Assembly (NCBI GenBank): GCA_040954595.2
Contig: CM082583.2
Coordinates: 2,283,209-2,347,208 of the forward strand
Length of the DNA stretch: 64,000 nucleotides
Reading direction: 5' to 3'
Origin: Balanoglossus misakiensis
Taxonomy: Eukaryota; Animalia; Hemichordata
The notes below the pieces were generated by a model, which saw nothing but the letters and a program-made list of their open reading frames with translations, was not told where the DNA came from and made no database searches. Positions 1 through 15,700 of the stretch are shown here, in pieces (position 1 is the first letter of the stretch; every line of letters begins with the position of its first letter). A program made the translations under genes and the position numbers.

Positions 1-288
1 AACAGCTCAGAGAGGCAATGATGGCAGTATTTATTCGGAGTTGCCAAACTGCCGCAGAATCTAAAGATTCATCAAAATCCTCAAAAAAAGTACGCAAAAA
101 CAAGAAATCTTCGAACTCAGTCGCCATATTTGTTTACATGGGTTGCTACGCTAGTATCGTTCGTTTGAAATCTCCCGGGTTACGCTTATGCGCATGCGAA
201 CTAGAATGGGATGACGTCAGCGGCAGCTACTCGGGTCGCTACTCGGGTCACAATCGAACTTGGTGATGGGTGATAGGCCTTCTTCGCC

Positions 289-730
289 TCTCATCACCTC
301 CTCCCAACATCACCTCCACTGCCTCCTCTGCCTCCTCCCAACATCACCTCCACTTCCTCCTCTTCCTCCTCAGCTCCTCCTCCTCCTCCTCCTCCTCCCA
401 ACATCATGCTTTGCAGAAAGTCCACCAATCAAAGCACGTTCCATATATACTTAACCATATCTCAATTTTCCACCAACTTAGGGGACCATGTCTGCCTCCT
501 CCTCCTCCTCCTCCTCAGCTCCTCCTCCTCCTCAGCTCCTCCTCCTCAGCTCCTCCTCCTCAGCTCCTCCTCCTCAGCTCCTCCTCCTCAGCTCCTCCTC
601 TTCAGCTCCTCCTCAGCTCCTCCGCCTCCTCCTCAGCTCCTCCTCCTCAGCTCCTCCGCCTCCTCCTCAGCTCCTCCTCCTCAGCTCCTCCTCAGCTCCT
701 CCTCAGCTCCTCCTCAGCTCCTCCTCCCCA
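289..730. repeat. Compound (CCT)n / (CCTCCTCAG-like) microsatellite
   Basis: Direct run of ctcctcctcagct units, interrupted at ~400-490; explains the poly-S/P/L ORFs. Confidence 0.95.
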
Positions 731-763
731 AATGAGAGTGCTACGGCTCCAACCTATACTACT

Positions 764-3700
764 ACTGTCTCGTTATTTGCATATTACGTTGTGATGCGAG
801 AACACACTTGCCTGGGCGAATAAGAAAGTTTTCCGGTAGACTCTGTAGATCGACTGTTTGTTCTCAAATATCCATGGATGCTTCCAAACACTGTCTCGTT
901 ATTTGCATATTACGTTGTGATGCGTAGAACACACAGGCCTGAGCGAATAAGAAAGTTTTCCGGTAGACTCTGTAGATCGACGGTTTGTTCTCAAATATCC
1001 ATGGATGCTTCCAAACACTGTCTCGTTATTTGCATATTACGTTGTGATGCGTAGAACACACAGGCCTGAGCGAATAAGAAAGTTTTCCAGTAGACTCTGT
1101 AGATCGACTGTTTGTTCTCAAATATCCATGGATGCTTCCAAACACTGTCTCGTTATATGCATATTACGTTGTGATGCGAGAACACACTTGCCTGGGCGAA
1201 TAAGAAAGTTTTCCGGTAGACTCTGTAGATCGACTGTTTGTTCTCAAATATCCATGGATGCTTCCAAACACTGTCTCGTTATTTGCATATTACGTTGTGA
1301 TGCGAGAACACACAGGCCTGAGCGAATAAGAAAGTTTTCCGGTAGACTCTGTAGATCGACTGTTTGTTCTCAAATATCCATGGATGCTTCCAAACACTGT
1401 CTCGTTATTTGCATATTCCGTTGTGATGCGAGAACACACAGGCCTGAGCGAATAAGAAAGTTTTCCAGTAGACTCTGTAGATCGACTGTTAGTTCTCAAA
1501 TATCCATGGATGCTTCCAAACACTGTCTCGTTATTTGCATATTACGTTGTGATGCGAGAACACACTTGCCTGGGCGAATAAGAAAGTTTTCCGGTAGACT
1601 CTGTAGATCGACTGTTTGTTCTCAAATATCCATGGATGCTTCCAAACACTGTCTCGTTATTTGCATATTACGTTGTGATGCGTAGAACACACAGGCCTGA
1701 GCGAATAAGAAAGTTTTCCAGTAGACTCTGTAGATCGACTGTTTGTTCTCAAATATCCATGGATGCTTCCAAACACTGTCTCGTTATTTGCATATTACGT
1801 TGTGATGCGAGAACACACTTGCCTGGGCGAATAAGAAAGTTTTCCGGTAGACTCTGTAGATCGACTGTTTGTTCTCAAATATCCATGGATGCTTCCAAAC
1901 ACTGTCTCGTTATTTGCATATTCCGTTGTGATGCGTAGAACACACTTGCCTGGGCGAATAAGAAAGTTTTCCGGTAGACTCTGTAGATCGACGGTTTGTT
2001 CTCAAATATCCATGGATGCTTCCAAACGCCGTCTCGTTATTTGCATATTACGTTGTGATGCGTAGAACACACAGGCCTGAGCGAATAAGAAAGTTTTCCG
2101 GTAGACTCTGTAGATCGACGGTTTGTTCTCAAATATCCATGGATGCTTCCAAACACCGTCTCGTTATTTGCATATTCCGTTGTGATGCGAGAACACACAG
2201 GCCTGAGCGAATAAGAAAGTTTTCCGGTAGACTCTGTAGATCGACTGTTTGTTCTCAAATATCCATGGATGCTTCCAAACACCGTCTCGTTATTTGCATT
2301 TTCCGTTGTGATGCGTAGAACACACAGGCCTGAGCGAATAAGAAAGTTTTCCGGTAGACTCTGTAGATCGACTGTTTGTTCTAAAATATCCATGGATGCT
2401 TCCAAACACCGTCTCGTTATTTGCATTTTCCGTTGTGATGCGTAGAACACACAGGCCTGAGCGAATAAGAAAGTTTTCCGGTAGACTCTGTAGATCGACT
2501 GTTTGTTCTAAAATATCCATGGATGCTTCCAAACGCCGTCTCGTTATTTGCATTTTCCGTTGTGATGCGAGAACACACAGGCCTGGGCGAATAAGAAAGT
2601 TTTCCGGTAGACTCTGTAGATCGACGGTTTGTTCTCAAATATCCATGGATGCTTCCAAACGCCGTCTCGTTATTTGCATATTACGTTGTGATGCGTAGAA
2701 CACACAGGCCTGAGCGAATAAGAAAGTTTTCCGGTAGACTCTGTAGATCGACTGTTTGTTCTCAAATATCCATGGATGCTTCCAAACACTGTCTCGTTAT
2801 TTGCATATTCCGTTGTGATGCGTAGAACACACAGGCCTGAGCGAATAAGAAAGTTTTCCGGTAGACTCTGTAGATCGACTGTTTGTTCTAAAATATCCAT
2901 GGATGCTTCCAAACACCGTCTCGTTATTTGCATTTTCCGTTGTGATGCGTAGAACACACAGGCCTGAGCGAATAAGAAAGTTTTCCGGTAGACTCTGTAG
3001 ATCGACTGTTTGTTCTAAAATATCCATGGATGCTTCCAAACGCCGTCTCGTTATTTGCATTTTCCGTTGTGATGCGAGAACACACAGGCCTGGGCGAATA
3101 AGAAAGTTTTCCGGTAGACTCTGTAGATCGACGGTTTGTTCTCAAATATCCATGGATGCTTCCAAACGCCGTCTCGTTATTTGCATATTACGTTGTGATG
3201 CGTAGAACACACAGGCCTGAGCGAATAAGAAAGTTTTCCGGTAGACTCTGTAGATCGACTGTTTGTTCTAAAATATCCATGGATGCTTCCAAACGCCGTC
3301 TCGTTATTTGCATATTACGTTGTGATGCGTAGAACACACTTGCCTGGGCGAATAAGAAAGTTTTCCGGTAGACTCTGTAGATCGACTGTTTGTTCTAAAA
3401 TATCCATGGATGCTTCCAAACACTGTCTCGTTATTTGCATATTCCGTTGTGATGCGAGAACACACAGGCCTGAGCGAATAAGAAAGTTTTCCGGTAGACT
3501 CTGTAGATCGACTGTTTGTTCTCAAATATCCATGGATGCTTCCAAACACTGTCTCGTTATTTGCATATTCCGTTGTGATGCGAGAACACACAGGCCTGAG
3601 CGAATAAGAAAGTTTTCCGGTAGACTCTGTAGATCGACTGTTTGTTCTCAAATATCCATGGATGCTTCCAAACACCGTCTCGTTATTTGCATATTACGTT

Positions 3701-6700
3701 GTGATGCGTAGAACACACAGGCCTGAGCGAATAAGAAAGTTTTCCGGTAGACTCTGTAGATCGACTGTTTGTTCTCAAATATCCATGGATGCTTCCAAAC
3801 ACTGTCTCGTTATTTGCATATTCCGTTGTGATGCGAGAACACACAGGCCTGAGCGAATAAGAAAGTTTTCCGGTAGACTCTGTAGATCGACTGTTTGTTC
3901 TCAAATATCTATGGATGCTTCCAAACACCGTCTCGTTATTTGCATATTCCGTTGTGATGCGAGAACACACAGGCCTGAGCGAATAAGAAAGTTTTCCGGT
4001 AGACTCTGTAGATCGACTGTTTGTTCTCAAATATCCATGGATGCTTCCAAACACTGTCTCGTTATTTGCATATTCCGTTGTGATGCGAGAACACACAGGC
4101 CTGAGCGAATAAGAAAGTTTTCCGGTAGACTCTGTAGATCGACGGTTTGTTCTCAAATATCCATGGATGCTTCCAAACGCCGTCTCGTTATTTGCATATT
4201 ACGTTGTGATGCGTAGAACACACAGGCCTGAGCGAATAAGAAAGTTTTCCGGTAGACTCTGTAGATCGACTGTTTGTTCTCAAATATCCATGGATGCTTC
4301 CAAACACCGTCTCGTTATTTGCATATTCCGTTGTGATGCGAGAACACACTTGCCTGGGCGAATAAGAAAGTTTTCCGGTAGACTCTGTAGATCGACTGTT
4401 TGTTCTCAAATATCCATGGATGCTTCCAAACACCGTCTCGTTATTTGCATATTCCGTTGTGATGCGTAGAACACACAGGCCTGAGCGAATAAGAAAGTTT
4501 TCCGGTAGACTCTGTAGATCGACTGTTTGTTCTAAAATATCCATGGATGCTTCCAAACACTGTCTCGTTATTTGCATATTCCGTTGTGATGCGTAGAACA
4601 CACAGGCCTGAGCGAATAAGAAAGTTTTCCGGTAGACTCTGTAGATCGACTGTTTGTTCTAAAATATCCATGGATGCTTCCAAACACCGTCTCGTTATTT
4701 GCATTTTCCGTTGTGATGCGTAGAACACACAGGCCTGAGCGAATAAGAAAGTTTTCCGGTAGACTCTGTAGATCGACTGTTTGTTCTAAAATATCCATGG
4801 ATGCTTCCAAACGCCGTCTCGTTATTTGCATTTTCCGTTGTGATGCGAGAACACACAGGCCTGGGCGAATAAGAAAGTTTTCCGGTAGACTCTGTAGATC
4901 GACGGTTTGTTCTCAAATATCCATGGATGCTTCCAAACGCCGTCTCGTTATTTGCATATTACGTTGTGATGCGTAGAACACACAGGCCTGAGCGAATAAG
5001 AAAGTTTTCCGGTAGACTCTGTAGATCGACTGTTTGTTCTAAAATATCCATGGATGCTTCCAAACGCCGTCTCGTTATTTGCATATTACGTTGTGATGCG
5101 TAGAACACACTTGCCTGGGCGAATAAGAAAGTTTTCCGGTAGACTCTGTAGATCGACTGTTTGTTCTAAAATATCCATGGATGCTTCCAAACACTGTCTC
5201 GTTATTTGCATATTCCGTTGTGATGCGAGAACACACAGGCCTGAGCGAATAAGAAAGTTTTCCGGTAGACTCTGTAGATCGACTGTTTGTTCTCAAATAT
5301 CCATGGATGCTTCCAAACACTGTCTCGTTATTTGCATATTCCGTTGTGATGCGAGAACACACAGGCCTGAGCGAATAAGAAAGTTTTCCGGTAGACTCTG
5401 TAGATCGACTGTTTGTTCTCAAATATCCATGGATGCTTCCAAACACCGTCTCGTTATTTGCATATTACGTTGTGATGCGTAGAACACACAGGCCTGAGCG
5501 AATAAGAAAGTTTTCCGGTAGACTCTGTAGATCGACTGTTTGTTCTCAAATATCCATGGATGCTTCCAAACACCGTCTCGTTATTTGCATATTCCGTTGT
5601 GATGCGAGAACACACAGGCCTGAGCGAATAAGAAAGTTTTCCGGTAGACTCTGTAGATCGACTGTTTGTTCTAAAATATCCATGGATGCTTCCAAACACT
5701 GTCTCGTTATTTGCATATTCCGTTGTGATGCGAGAACACACAGGCCTGAGCGAATAAGAAAGTTTTCCGGTAGACTCTGTAGATCGACTGTTTGTTCTCA
5801 AATATCCATGGATGCTTCCAAACACTGTCTCGTTATTTGCATATTCCGTTGTGATGCGAGAACACACAGGCCTGAGCGAATAAGAAAGTTTTCCGGTAGA
5901 CTCTGTAGATCGACTGTTTGTTCTCAAATATCCATGGATGCTTCCAAACACCGTCTCGTTATTTGCATATTACGTTGTGATGCGTAGAACACACAGGCCT
6001 GAGCGAATAAGAAAGTTTTCCGGTAGACTCTGTAGATCGACTGTTTGTTCTCAAATATCCATGGATGCTTCCAAACACTGTCTCGTTATTTGCATATTCC
6101 GTTGTGATGCGAGAACACACAGGCCTGAGCGAATAAGAAAGTTTTCCGGTAGACTCTGTAGATCGACTGTTTGTTCTCAAATATCCATGGATGCTTCCAA
6201 ACACCGTCTCGTTATTTGCATATTCCGTTGTGATGCGAGAACACACAGGCCTGAGCGAATAAGAAAGTTTTCCGGTAGACTCTGTAGATCGACTGTTTGT
6301 TCTCAAATATCCATGGATGCTTCCAAACACTGTCTCGTTATTTGCATATTCCGTTGTGATGCGAGAACACACAGGCCTGAGCGAATAAGAAAGTTTTCCG
6401 GTAGACTCTGTAGATCGACTGTTTGTTCTAAAATATCCATGGATGCTTCCAAACACCGTCTCGTTATTTGCATATTCCGTTGTGATGCGAGAACACACAG
6501 GCCTGAGCGAATAAGAAAGTTTTCCGGTAGACTCTGTAGATCGACGGTTTGTTCTCAAATATCCATGGATGCTTCCAAACACTGTCTCGTTATTTGCATA
6601 TTCCGTTGTGATGCGAGAACACACAGGCCTGAGCGAATAAGAAAGTTTTCCGGTAGACTCTGTAGATCGACGGTTTGTTCTCAAATATCCATGGATGCTT

Positions 6701-9700
6701 CCAAACACTGTCTCGTTATTTGCATATTCCGTTGTGATGCGAGAACACACAGGCCTGAGCGAATAAGAAAGTTTTCCGGTAGACTCTGTAGATCGACTGT
6801 TTGTTCTCAAATATCCATGGATGCTTCCAAACACTGTCTCGTTATTTGCATATTCCGTTGTGATGCGAGAACACACAGGCCTGAGCGAATAAGAAAGTTT
6901 TCCGGTAGACTCTGTAGATCGACTGTTTGTTCTCAAATATCCATGGATGCTTCCAAACACTGTCTCGTTATTTGCATATTCCGTTGTGATGCGAGAACAC
7001 ACAGGCCTGAGCGAATAAGAAAGTTTTCCGGTAGACTCTGTAGATCGACTGTTTGTTCTCAAATATCCATGGATGCTTCCAAACACTGTCTCGTTATTTG
7101 CATATTCCGTTGTGATGCGAGAACACACAGGCCTGAGCGAATAAGAAAGTTTTCCGGTAGACTCTGTAGATCGACTGTTTGTTCTCAAATATCCATGGAT
7201 GCTTCCAAACACTGTCTCGTTATTTGCATATTCCGTTGTGATGCGAGAACACACAGGCCTGAGCGAATAAGAAAGTTTTCCGGTAGACTCTGTAGATCGA
7301 CTGTTTGTTCTCAAATATCCATGGATGCTTCCAAACACTGTCTCGTTATTTGCATATTCCGTTGTGATGCGAGAACACACAGGCCTGAGCGAATAAGAAA
7401 GTTTTCCGGTAGACTCTGTAGATCGACTGTTTGTTCTCAAATATCCATGGATGCTTCCAAACACCGTCTCGTTATTTGCATATTCCGTTGTGATGCGAGA
7501 ACACACAGGCCTGAGCGAATAAGAAAGTTTTCCGGTAGACTCTGTAGATCGACTGTTTGTTCTCAAATATCCATGGATGCTTCCAAACACCGTCTCGTTA
7601 TTTGCATATTCCGTTGTGATGCGAGAACACACAGGCCTGAGCGAATAAGAAAGTTTTCCGGTAGACTCTGTAGATCGACTGTTTGTTCTCAAATATCCAT
7701 GGATGCTTCCAAACACTGTCTCGTTATTTGCATATTCCGTTGTGATGCGAGAACACACAGGCCTGAGCGAATAAGAAAGTTTTCTGGTAGACTCTGTAGA
7801 TCGACTGTTTGTTCTCAAATATCCATGGATGCTTCCAAACACTGTCTCGTTATTTACATATTCCGTTGTGATGCGAGAACACACAGGCCTGAGCGAATAA
7901 GAAAGTTTTCCGGTAGACTCTGTAGATCGACTGTTTGTTCTCAAATATCCATGGATGCTTCCAAACACCGTCTCGTTATTTGCATATTCCGTTGTGATGC
8001 GAGAACACACAGGCCTGAGCGAATAAGAAAGTTTTCCGGTAGACTCTGTAGATCGACTGTTTGTTCTCAAATATCCATGGATGCTTCCAAACACCGTCTC
8101 GTTATTTACATATTCCGTTGTGATGCGAGAACACACAGGCCTGAGCGAATAAGAAAGTTTTCCGGTAGACTCTGTAGATCGACTGTTTGTTCTCAAATAT
8201 CCATGGATGCTTCCAAACACCGTCTCGTTATTTGCATATTCCGTTGTGATGCGAGAACACACAGGCCTGAGCGAATAAGAAAGTTTTCCGGTAGACTCTG
8301 TAGATCGACTGTTTGTTCTCAAATATCCATGGATGCTTCCAAACACCGTCTCGTTATTTGCATATTCCGTTGTGATGCGAGAACACACAGGCCTGAGCGA
8401 ATAAGAAAGTTTTCCGGTAGACTCTGTAGATCGACTGTTTGTTCTCAAATATCCATGGATGCTTCCAAACACTGTCTCGTTATTTGCATATTCCGTTGTG
8501 ATGCGAGAACACACAGGCCTGAGCGAATAAGAAAGTTTTCCGGTAGACTCTGTAGATCGACTGTTTGTTCTCAAATATCCATGGATGCTTCCAAACACTG
8601 TCTCGTTATTTACATATTCCGTTGTGATGCGAGAACACACAGGCCTGAGCGAATAAGAAAGTTTTCCGGTAGACTCTGTAGATCGACTGTTTGTTCTCAA
8701 ATATCCATGGATGCTTCCAAACACTGTCTCGTTATTTGCATATTCCGTTGTGATGCGAGAACACACAGGCCTGAGCGAATAAGAAAGTTTTCCGGTAGAC
8801 TCTGTAGATCGACTGTTTGTTCTCAAATATCCATGGATGCTTCCAAACACCGTCTCGTTATTTGCATATTCCGTTGTGATGCGAGAACACACAGGCCTGA
8901 GCGAATAAGAAAGTTTTCCGGTAGACTCTGTAGATCGACTGTTTGTTCTAAAATATCCATGGATGCTTCCAAACACCGTCTCGTTATTTGCATATTCCGT
9001 TGTGATGCGAGAACACACAGGCCTGAGCGAATAAGAAAGTTTTCCGGTAGACTCTGTAGATCGACTGTTTGTTCTAAAATATCCATGGATGCTTCCAAAC
9101 ACCGTCTCGTTATTTGCATATTCCGTTGTGATGCGAGAACACACAGGCCGGAGCGAATAAGAAAGTTTTCCGGTAGACTCTGTAGATCGACTGTTTGTTC
9201 TCAAATATCCATGGATGCTTCCAAACACCGTCTCGTTATTTGCATATTCCGTTGTGATGCGAGAACACACAGGCCTGAGCGAATAAGAAAGTTTTCCGGT
9301 AGACTCTGTAGATCGACTGTTTGTTCTAAAATATCCATGGATGCTTCCAAACACCGTCTCGTTATTTGCATATTCCGTTGTGATGCGAGAACACACAGGC
9401 CTGAGCGAATAAGAAAGTTTTCCGGTAGACTCTGTAGATCGACTGTTTGTTCTCAAATATCCATGGATGCTTCCAAACACCGTCTCGTTATTTGCATATT
9501 CCGTTGTGATGCGAGAACACACAGGCCTGAGCGAATAAGAAAGTTTTCCGGTAGACTCTGTAGATCGACTGTTTGTTCTCAAATATCCATGGATGCTTCC
9601 AAACACCGTCTCGTTATTTGCATATTCCGTTGTGATGCGAGAACACACAGGCCTGAGCGAATAAGAAAGTTTTCCGGTAGACTCTGTAGATCGACTGTTT

Positions 9701-12700
9701 GTTCTCAAATATCCATGGATGCTTCCAAACACTGTCTCGTTATTTGCATATTCCGTTGTGATGCGAGAACACACAGGCCTGAGCGAATAAGAAAAGTTTT
9801 CCGGTAGACTCTGTAGATCGACTGTTTGTTCTCAAATATCCATGGATGCTTCCAAACACCGTCTCGTTATTTGCATATTCCGTTGTGATGCGAGAACACA
9901 CAGGCCTGAGCGAATAAGAAAGTTTTCCGGTAGACTCTGTAGATCGACGGTTTGTTCTCAAATATCCATGGATGCTTCCAAACGCCGTCTCGTTATTTGC
10001 ATATTATGTTGTGATGCGTAGAACACACAGGCCTGAGCGAATAAGAAAGTTTTCCGGTAGACTCTGTAGATCGACTGTTTGTTCTCAAATATCCATGGAT
10101 GCTTCCAAACGCCGTCTCGTTATTTGCATATTACGTTGTGATGCGTAGAACACACAGGCCTGAGCGAATAAGAAAGTTTTCCGGTAGACTCTGTATATCG
10201 ACTGTTTGTTCTCAAATATCCATGGATGCTTCCAAACACCGTCTCGTTATTTGCATATTCCGTTGTGATGCGAGAACACACAGGCCTGAGCGAATAAGAA
10301 AGTTTTCCGGTAGACTCTGTAGATCGACTGTTTGTTCTAAAATATCCATGGATGCTTCCAAACACCGTCTCGTTATTTGCATTTTCCGTTGTGATGCGTA
10401 GAACACACAGGCCTGAGCGAATACGAAAGTTTTCCGGTAGACTCTGTAGATCGACTGTTTGTTCTCAAATATCCATGGATGCTTCCAAACACCGTCTCGT
10501 TATTTGCATATTCCGTTGTGATGCGAGAACACACAGGCCTGAGCGAATAAGAAAGTTTTCCGGTAGACTCTGTAGATCGACTGTTTGTTCTAAAATATCC
10601 ATGGATGCTTCCAAACACCGTCTCGTTATTTGCATATTCCGTTGTGATGCGAGAACACACAGGCCTGAGCGAATAAGAAAGTTTTCCGGTAGACTCTGTA
10701 GATCGACTGTTTGTTCTAAAATATCCATGGATGCTTCCAAACACCGTCTCGTTATTTGCATATTCCGTTGTGATGCGAGAACACACAGGCCTGAGCGAAT
10801 AAGAAAGTTTTCCGGTAGACTCTGTAGATCGACTGTTTGTTCTCAAATATCCATGGATGCTTCCAAACACCGTCTCGTTATTTGCATATTCCGTTGTGAT
10901 GCGAGAACACACAGGCCTGAGCGAATAAGAAAGTTTTCCGGTAGACTCTGTAGATCGACTGTTTGTTCTAAAATATCCATGGATGCTTCCAAACACTGTC
11001 TCGTTATTTGCATATTCCGTTGTGATGCGAGAACACACTGGCCTGAGCGAATAAGAAAGTTTTCCGGTAGACTCTGTAGATCGACTGTTTGTTCTAAAAT
11101 ATCCATGGATGCTTCCAAACACCGTCTCGTTTATTTACGGACTTCCGTTCTGATGCGTGGAACACATAGGCTGAGCGCATAAGAAAGTTTTCTGCAAGAC
11201 TCTGTAGATCGTCGGCTTGTTCTAAAATATCCATGGGTGCTTCCAAACACCGTCTCGTTATTTGCATATTCCGTTGTGATGTGTAGAACACACAGGCCTG
11301 AGCGAATAAGAAAGTTTTCCAGTAGACTCTGTAGATCGACTGTTTGTTCTCAAATATCCATGGATGCTTCCAAACACCGTCTCGTTATTTGCATTTTCCG
11401 TTGTGATGCGTAGAACACACAGGCCTGAGCGAATACGAAAGTTTTCCGGTAGACTCTGTAGATCGACTGTTTGTTCTCAAATATCCATGGATGCTTCCAA
11501 ACACCGTCTCGTTATTTGCATATTCCGTTGTGATGCGAGAACACATAGGCCTGAGCGAATAAGAAAGTTTTCCGGTAGACTCTGTAGATCGACTGTTTGT
11601 TCTAAAATATCCATGGATGCTTCCAAACACCGTCTCGTTATTTGCATATTCCGTTGTGATGCGAGAACACACAGGCCTGAGCGAATAAGAAAGTTTTCCG
11701 GTAGACTCTGTAGATCGACTGTTTGTTCTAAAATATCCATGGATGCTTCCAAACACCGTCTCGTTATTTGCATATTCCGTTGTGATGCGAGAACACACAG
11801 GCCTGAGCGAATAAGAAAGTTTTCCGGTAGACTCTGTAGATCGACTGTTTGTTCTCAAATATCCATGGATGCTTCCAAACACCGTCTCGTTATTTGCATA
11901 TTCCGTTGTGATGCGAGAACACACAGGCCTGAGCGAATAAGAAAGTTTTCCGGTAGACTCTGTAGATCGACTGTTTGTTCTAAAATATCCATGGATGCTT
12001 CCAAACACCGTCTCGTTATTTGCATATTCCGTTGTGATGCGAGAACACACAGGCCTGAGCGAATAAGAAAGTTTTCCGGTAGACTCTGTAGATCGACTGT
12101 TTGTTCTGAAATATCCATGGATGCTTCCAAACACCGTCTCGTTATTTGCATATTCCGTTGTGATGCGAGAACACACAGGCCTGAGCGAATAAGAAAGTTT
12201 TCCGGTAGACTCTGTAGATCGACTGTTTGTTCTAAAATATCCATGGATGCTTCCAAACACCGTCTCGTTATTTGCATATTCCGTTGTGATGCGAGAACAC
12301 ACAGGCCTGAGCGAATAAGAAAGTTTTCCGGTAGACTCTGTAGATCGACTGTTTGTTCTAAAATATCCATGGATGCTTCCAAACACCGTCTCGTTATTTG
12401 CATATTCCGTTGTGATGCGAGAACACACAGGCCTGAGCGAATAAGAAAGTTTTCCGGTAGACTCTGTAGATCGACTGTTTGTTCTCAAATATCCATGGAT
12501 GCTTCCAAACACCGTCTCGTTATTTGCATATTCCGTTGTGATGCGAGAACACACAGGCCTGAGCGAATAAGAAAGTTTTCCGGTAGACTCTGTAGATCGA
12601 CTGTTTGTTCTAAAATATCCATGGATGCTTCCAAACACCGTCTCGTTATTTGCATATTCCGTTGTGATGTGTAGAACACACAGGCCTGAGCGAATAAGAA

Positions 12701-15700
12701 AGTTTTCCAGTAGACTCTGTAGATCGACTGTTTGTTCTAAAATATCCATGGATGCTTCCAAACACCGTCTCGTTATTTGCATATTCCGTTGTGATGCGAG
12801 AACACACAGGCCTGAGCGAATAAGAAAGTTTTCCGGTAGACTCTGTAGATCGACTGTTTGTTCTAAAATATCCATGGATGCTTCCAAACACCGTCTCGTT
12901 ATTTGCATATTCCGTTGTGATGCGAGAACACACAGGCCTGAGCGAATACGAAAGTTTTCCGGTAGACTCTGTAGATCGACTCTTTGTTCTCAAATATCCA
13001 TGGATGCTTCCAAACACCGTCTCGTTATTTGCATATTCCGTTGTGATGCGAGAACACACAGGCCTGAGCGAATAAGAAAGTTTTCCGGTAGACTCTGTAG
13101 ATCGACTGTTTGTTCTAAAATATCCATGGATGCTTCCAAACACCGTCTCGTTATTTGCATATTCCGTTGTGATGTGTAGAACACACAGGCCTGAGCGAAT
13201 AAGAAAGTTTTCCAGTAGACTCTGTAGATCGACTGTTTGTTCTAAAATATCCATGGATGCTTCCAAACACCGTCTCGTTATTTGCATATTCCGTTGTGAT
13301 GCGAGAACACACAGGCCTGAGCGAATAAGAAAGTTTTCCGGTAGACTCTGTAGATCGACTGTTTGTTCTAAAATATCCATGGTTGCTTCCAAACGCCGTC
13401 TCGTTATTTGCATATTCCGTTGTGATGCGAGAACACACAGGCCTGAGCGAATAAGAAAGTTTTCCGGTAGACTCTGTAGATCGACTGTTTGTTCTAAAAT
13501 ATCCATGGATGCTTCCAAACGCCGTCTCGTTATTTGCATTTTCCGTTGTGATGCGAGAACACACAGGCCTGGGCGAATAAGAAAGTTTTCCGGTAGACTC
13601 TGTAGATCGACGGTTTGTTCTCAAATATCCATGGATGCTTCCAAACGCCGTCTCGTTATTTGCATATTACGTTGTGATGCGTAGAACACACAGGCCTGAG
13701 CGAATAAGAAAGTTTTCCGGTAGACTCTGTAGATCGACTGTTTGTTCTAAAATATCCATGGATGCTTCCAAACGCCGTCTCGTTATTTGCATATTACGTT
13801 GTGATGCGTAGAACACACTTGCCTGGGCGAATAAGAAAGTTTTCCGGTAGACTCTGTAGATCGACTGTTTGTTCTAAAATATCCATGGATGCTTCCAAAC
13901 ACTGTCTCGTTATTTGCATATTCCGTTGTGATGCGAGAACACACAGGCCTGAGCGAATAAGAAAGTTTTCCGGTAGACTCTGTAGATCGACTGTTTGTTC
14001 TCAAATATCCATGGATGCTTCCAAACACTGTCTCGTTATTTGCATATTCCGTTGTGATGCGAGAACACACAGGCCTGAGCGAATAAGAAAGTTTTCCGGT
14101 AGACTCTGTAGATCGACTGTTTGTTCTCAAATATCCATGGATGCTTCCAAACACCGTCTCGTTATTTGCATATTACGTTGTGATGCGTAGAACACACAGG
14201 CCTGAGCGAATAAGAAAGTTTTCCGGTAGACTCTGTAGATCGACTGTTTGTTCTCAAATATCCATGGATGCTTCCAAACACCGTCTCGTTATTTGCATAT
14301 TCCGTTGTGATGCGAGAACACACAGGCCTGAGCGAATAAGAAAGTTTTCCGGTAGACTCTGTAGATCGACTGTTTGTTCTAAAATATCCATGGATGCTTC
14401 CAAACACTGTCTCGTTATTTGCATATTCCGTTGTGATGCGAGAACACACAGGCCTGAGCGAATAAGAAAGTTTTCCGGTAGACTCTGTAGATCGACTGTT
14501 TGTTCTCAAATATCCATGGATGCTTCCAAACACTGTCTCGTTATTTGCATATTCCGTTGTGATGCGAGAACACACAGGCCTGAGCGAATAAGAAAGTTTT
14601 CCGGTAGACTCTGTAGATCGACTGTTTGTTCTCAAATATCCATGGATGCTTCCAAACACCGTCTCGTTATTTGCATATTACGTTGTGATGCGTAGAACAC
14701 ACAGGCCTGAGCGAATAAGAAAGTTTTCCGGTAGACTCTGTAGATCGACTGTTTGTTCTCAAATATCCATGGATGCTTCCAAACACTGTCTCGTTATTTG
14801 CATATTCCGTTGTGATGCGAGAACACACAGGCCTGAGCGAATAAGAAAGTTTTCCGGTAGACTCTGTAGATCGACTGTTTGTTCTCAAATATCCATGGAT
14901 GCTTCCAAACACCGTCTCGTTATTTGCATATTCCGTTGTGATGCGAGAACACACAGGCCTGAGCGAATAAGAAAGTTTTCCGGTAGACTCTGTAGATCGA
15001 CTGTTTGTTCTCAAATATCCATGGATGCTTCCAAACACTGTCTCGTTATTTGCATATTCCGTTGTGATGCGAGAACACACAGGCCTGAGCGAATAAGAAA
15101 GTTCTCCGGTAGACTCTGTAGATCGACTGTTTGTTCTCAAATATCCATGGATGCTTCCAAACACTGTCTCGTTATTTGCATATTCCGTTGTGATGCGAGA
15201 ACACACAGGCCTGAGCGAATAAGAAAGTTTTCCGGTAGACTCTGTAGATCGACTGTTTGTTCTAAAATATCCATGGATGCTTCCAAACACCGTCTCGTTA
15301 TTTGCATATTCCGTTGTGATGCGAGAACACACAGGCCTGAGCGAATAAGAAAGTTTTCCGGTAGACTCTGTAGATCGACGGTTTGTTCTCAAATATCCAT
15401 GGATGCTTCCAAACACTGTCTCGTTATTTGCATATTCCGTTGTGATGCGAGAACACACAGGCCTGAGCGAATAAGAAAGTTTTCCGGTAGACTCTGTAGA
15501 TCGACGGTTTGTTCTCAAATATCCATGGATGCTTCCAAACACTGTCTCGTTATTTGCATATTCCGTTGTGATGCGAGAACACACAGGCCTGAGCGAATAA
15601 GAAAGTTTTCCGGTAGACTCTGTAGATCGACTGTTTGTTCTCAAATATCCATGGATGCTTCCAAACACTGTCTCGTTATTTGCATATTCCGTTGTGATGC

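Noticed and set aside
260-823. Poly-Ser/Pro/Leu ORFs
   Set aside because: Translations of the CCT/CAG microsatellite.
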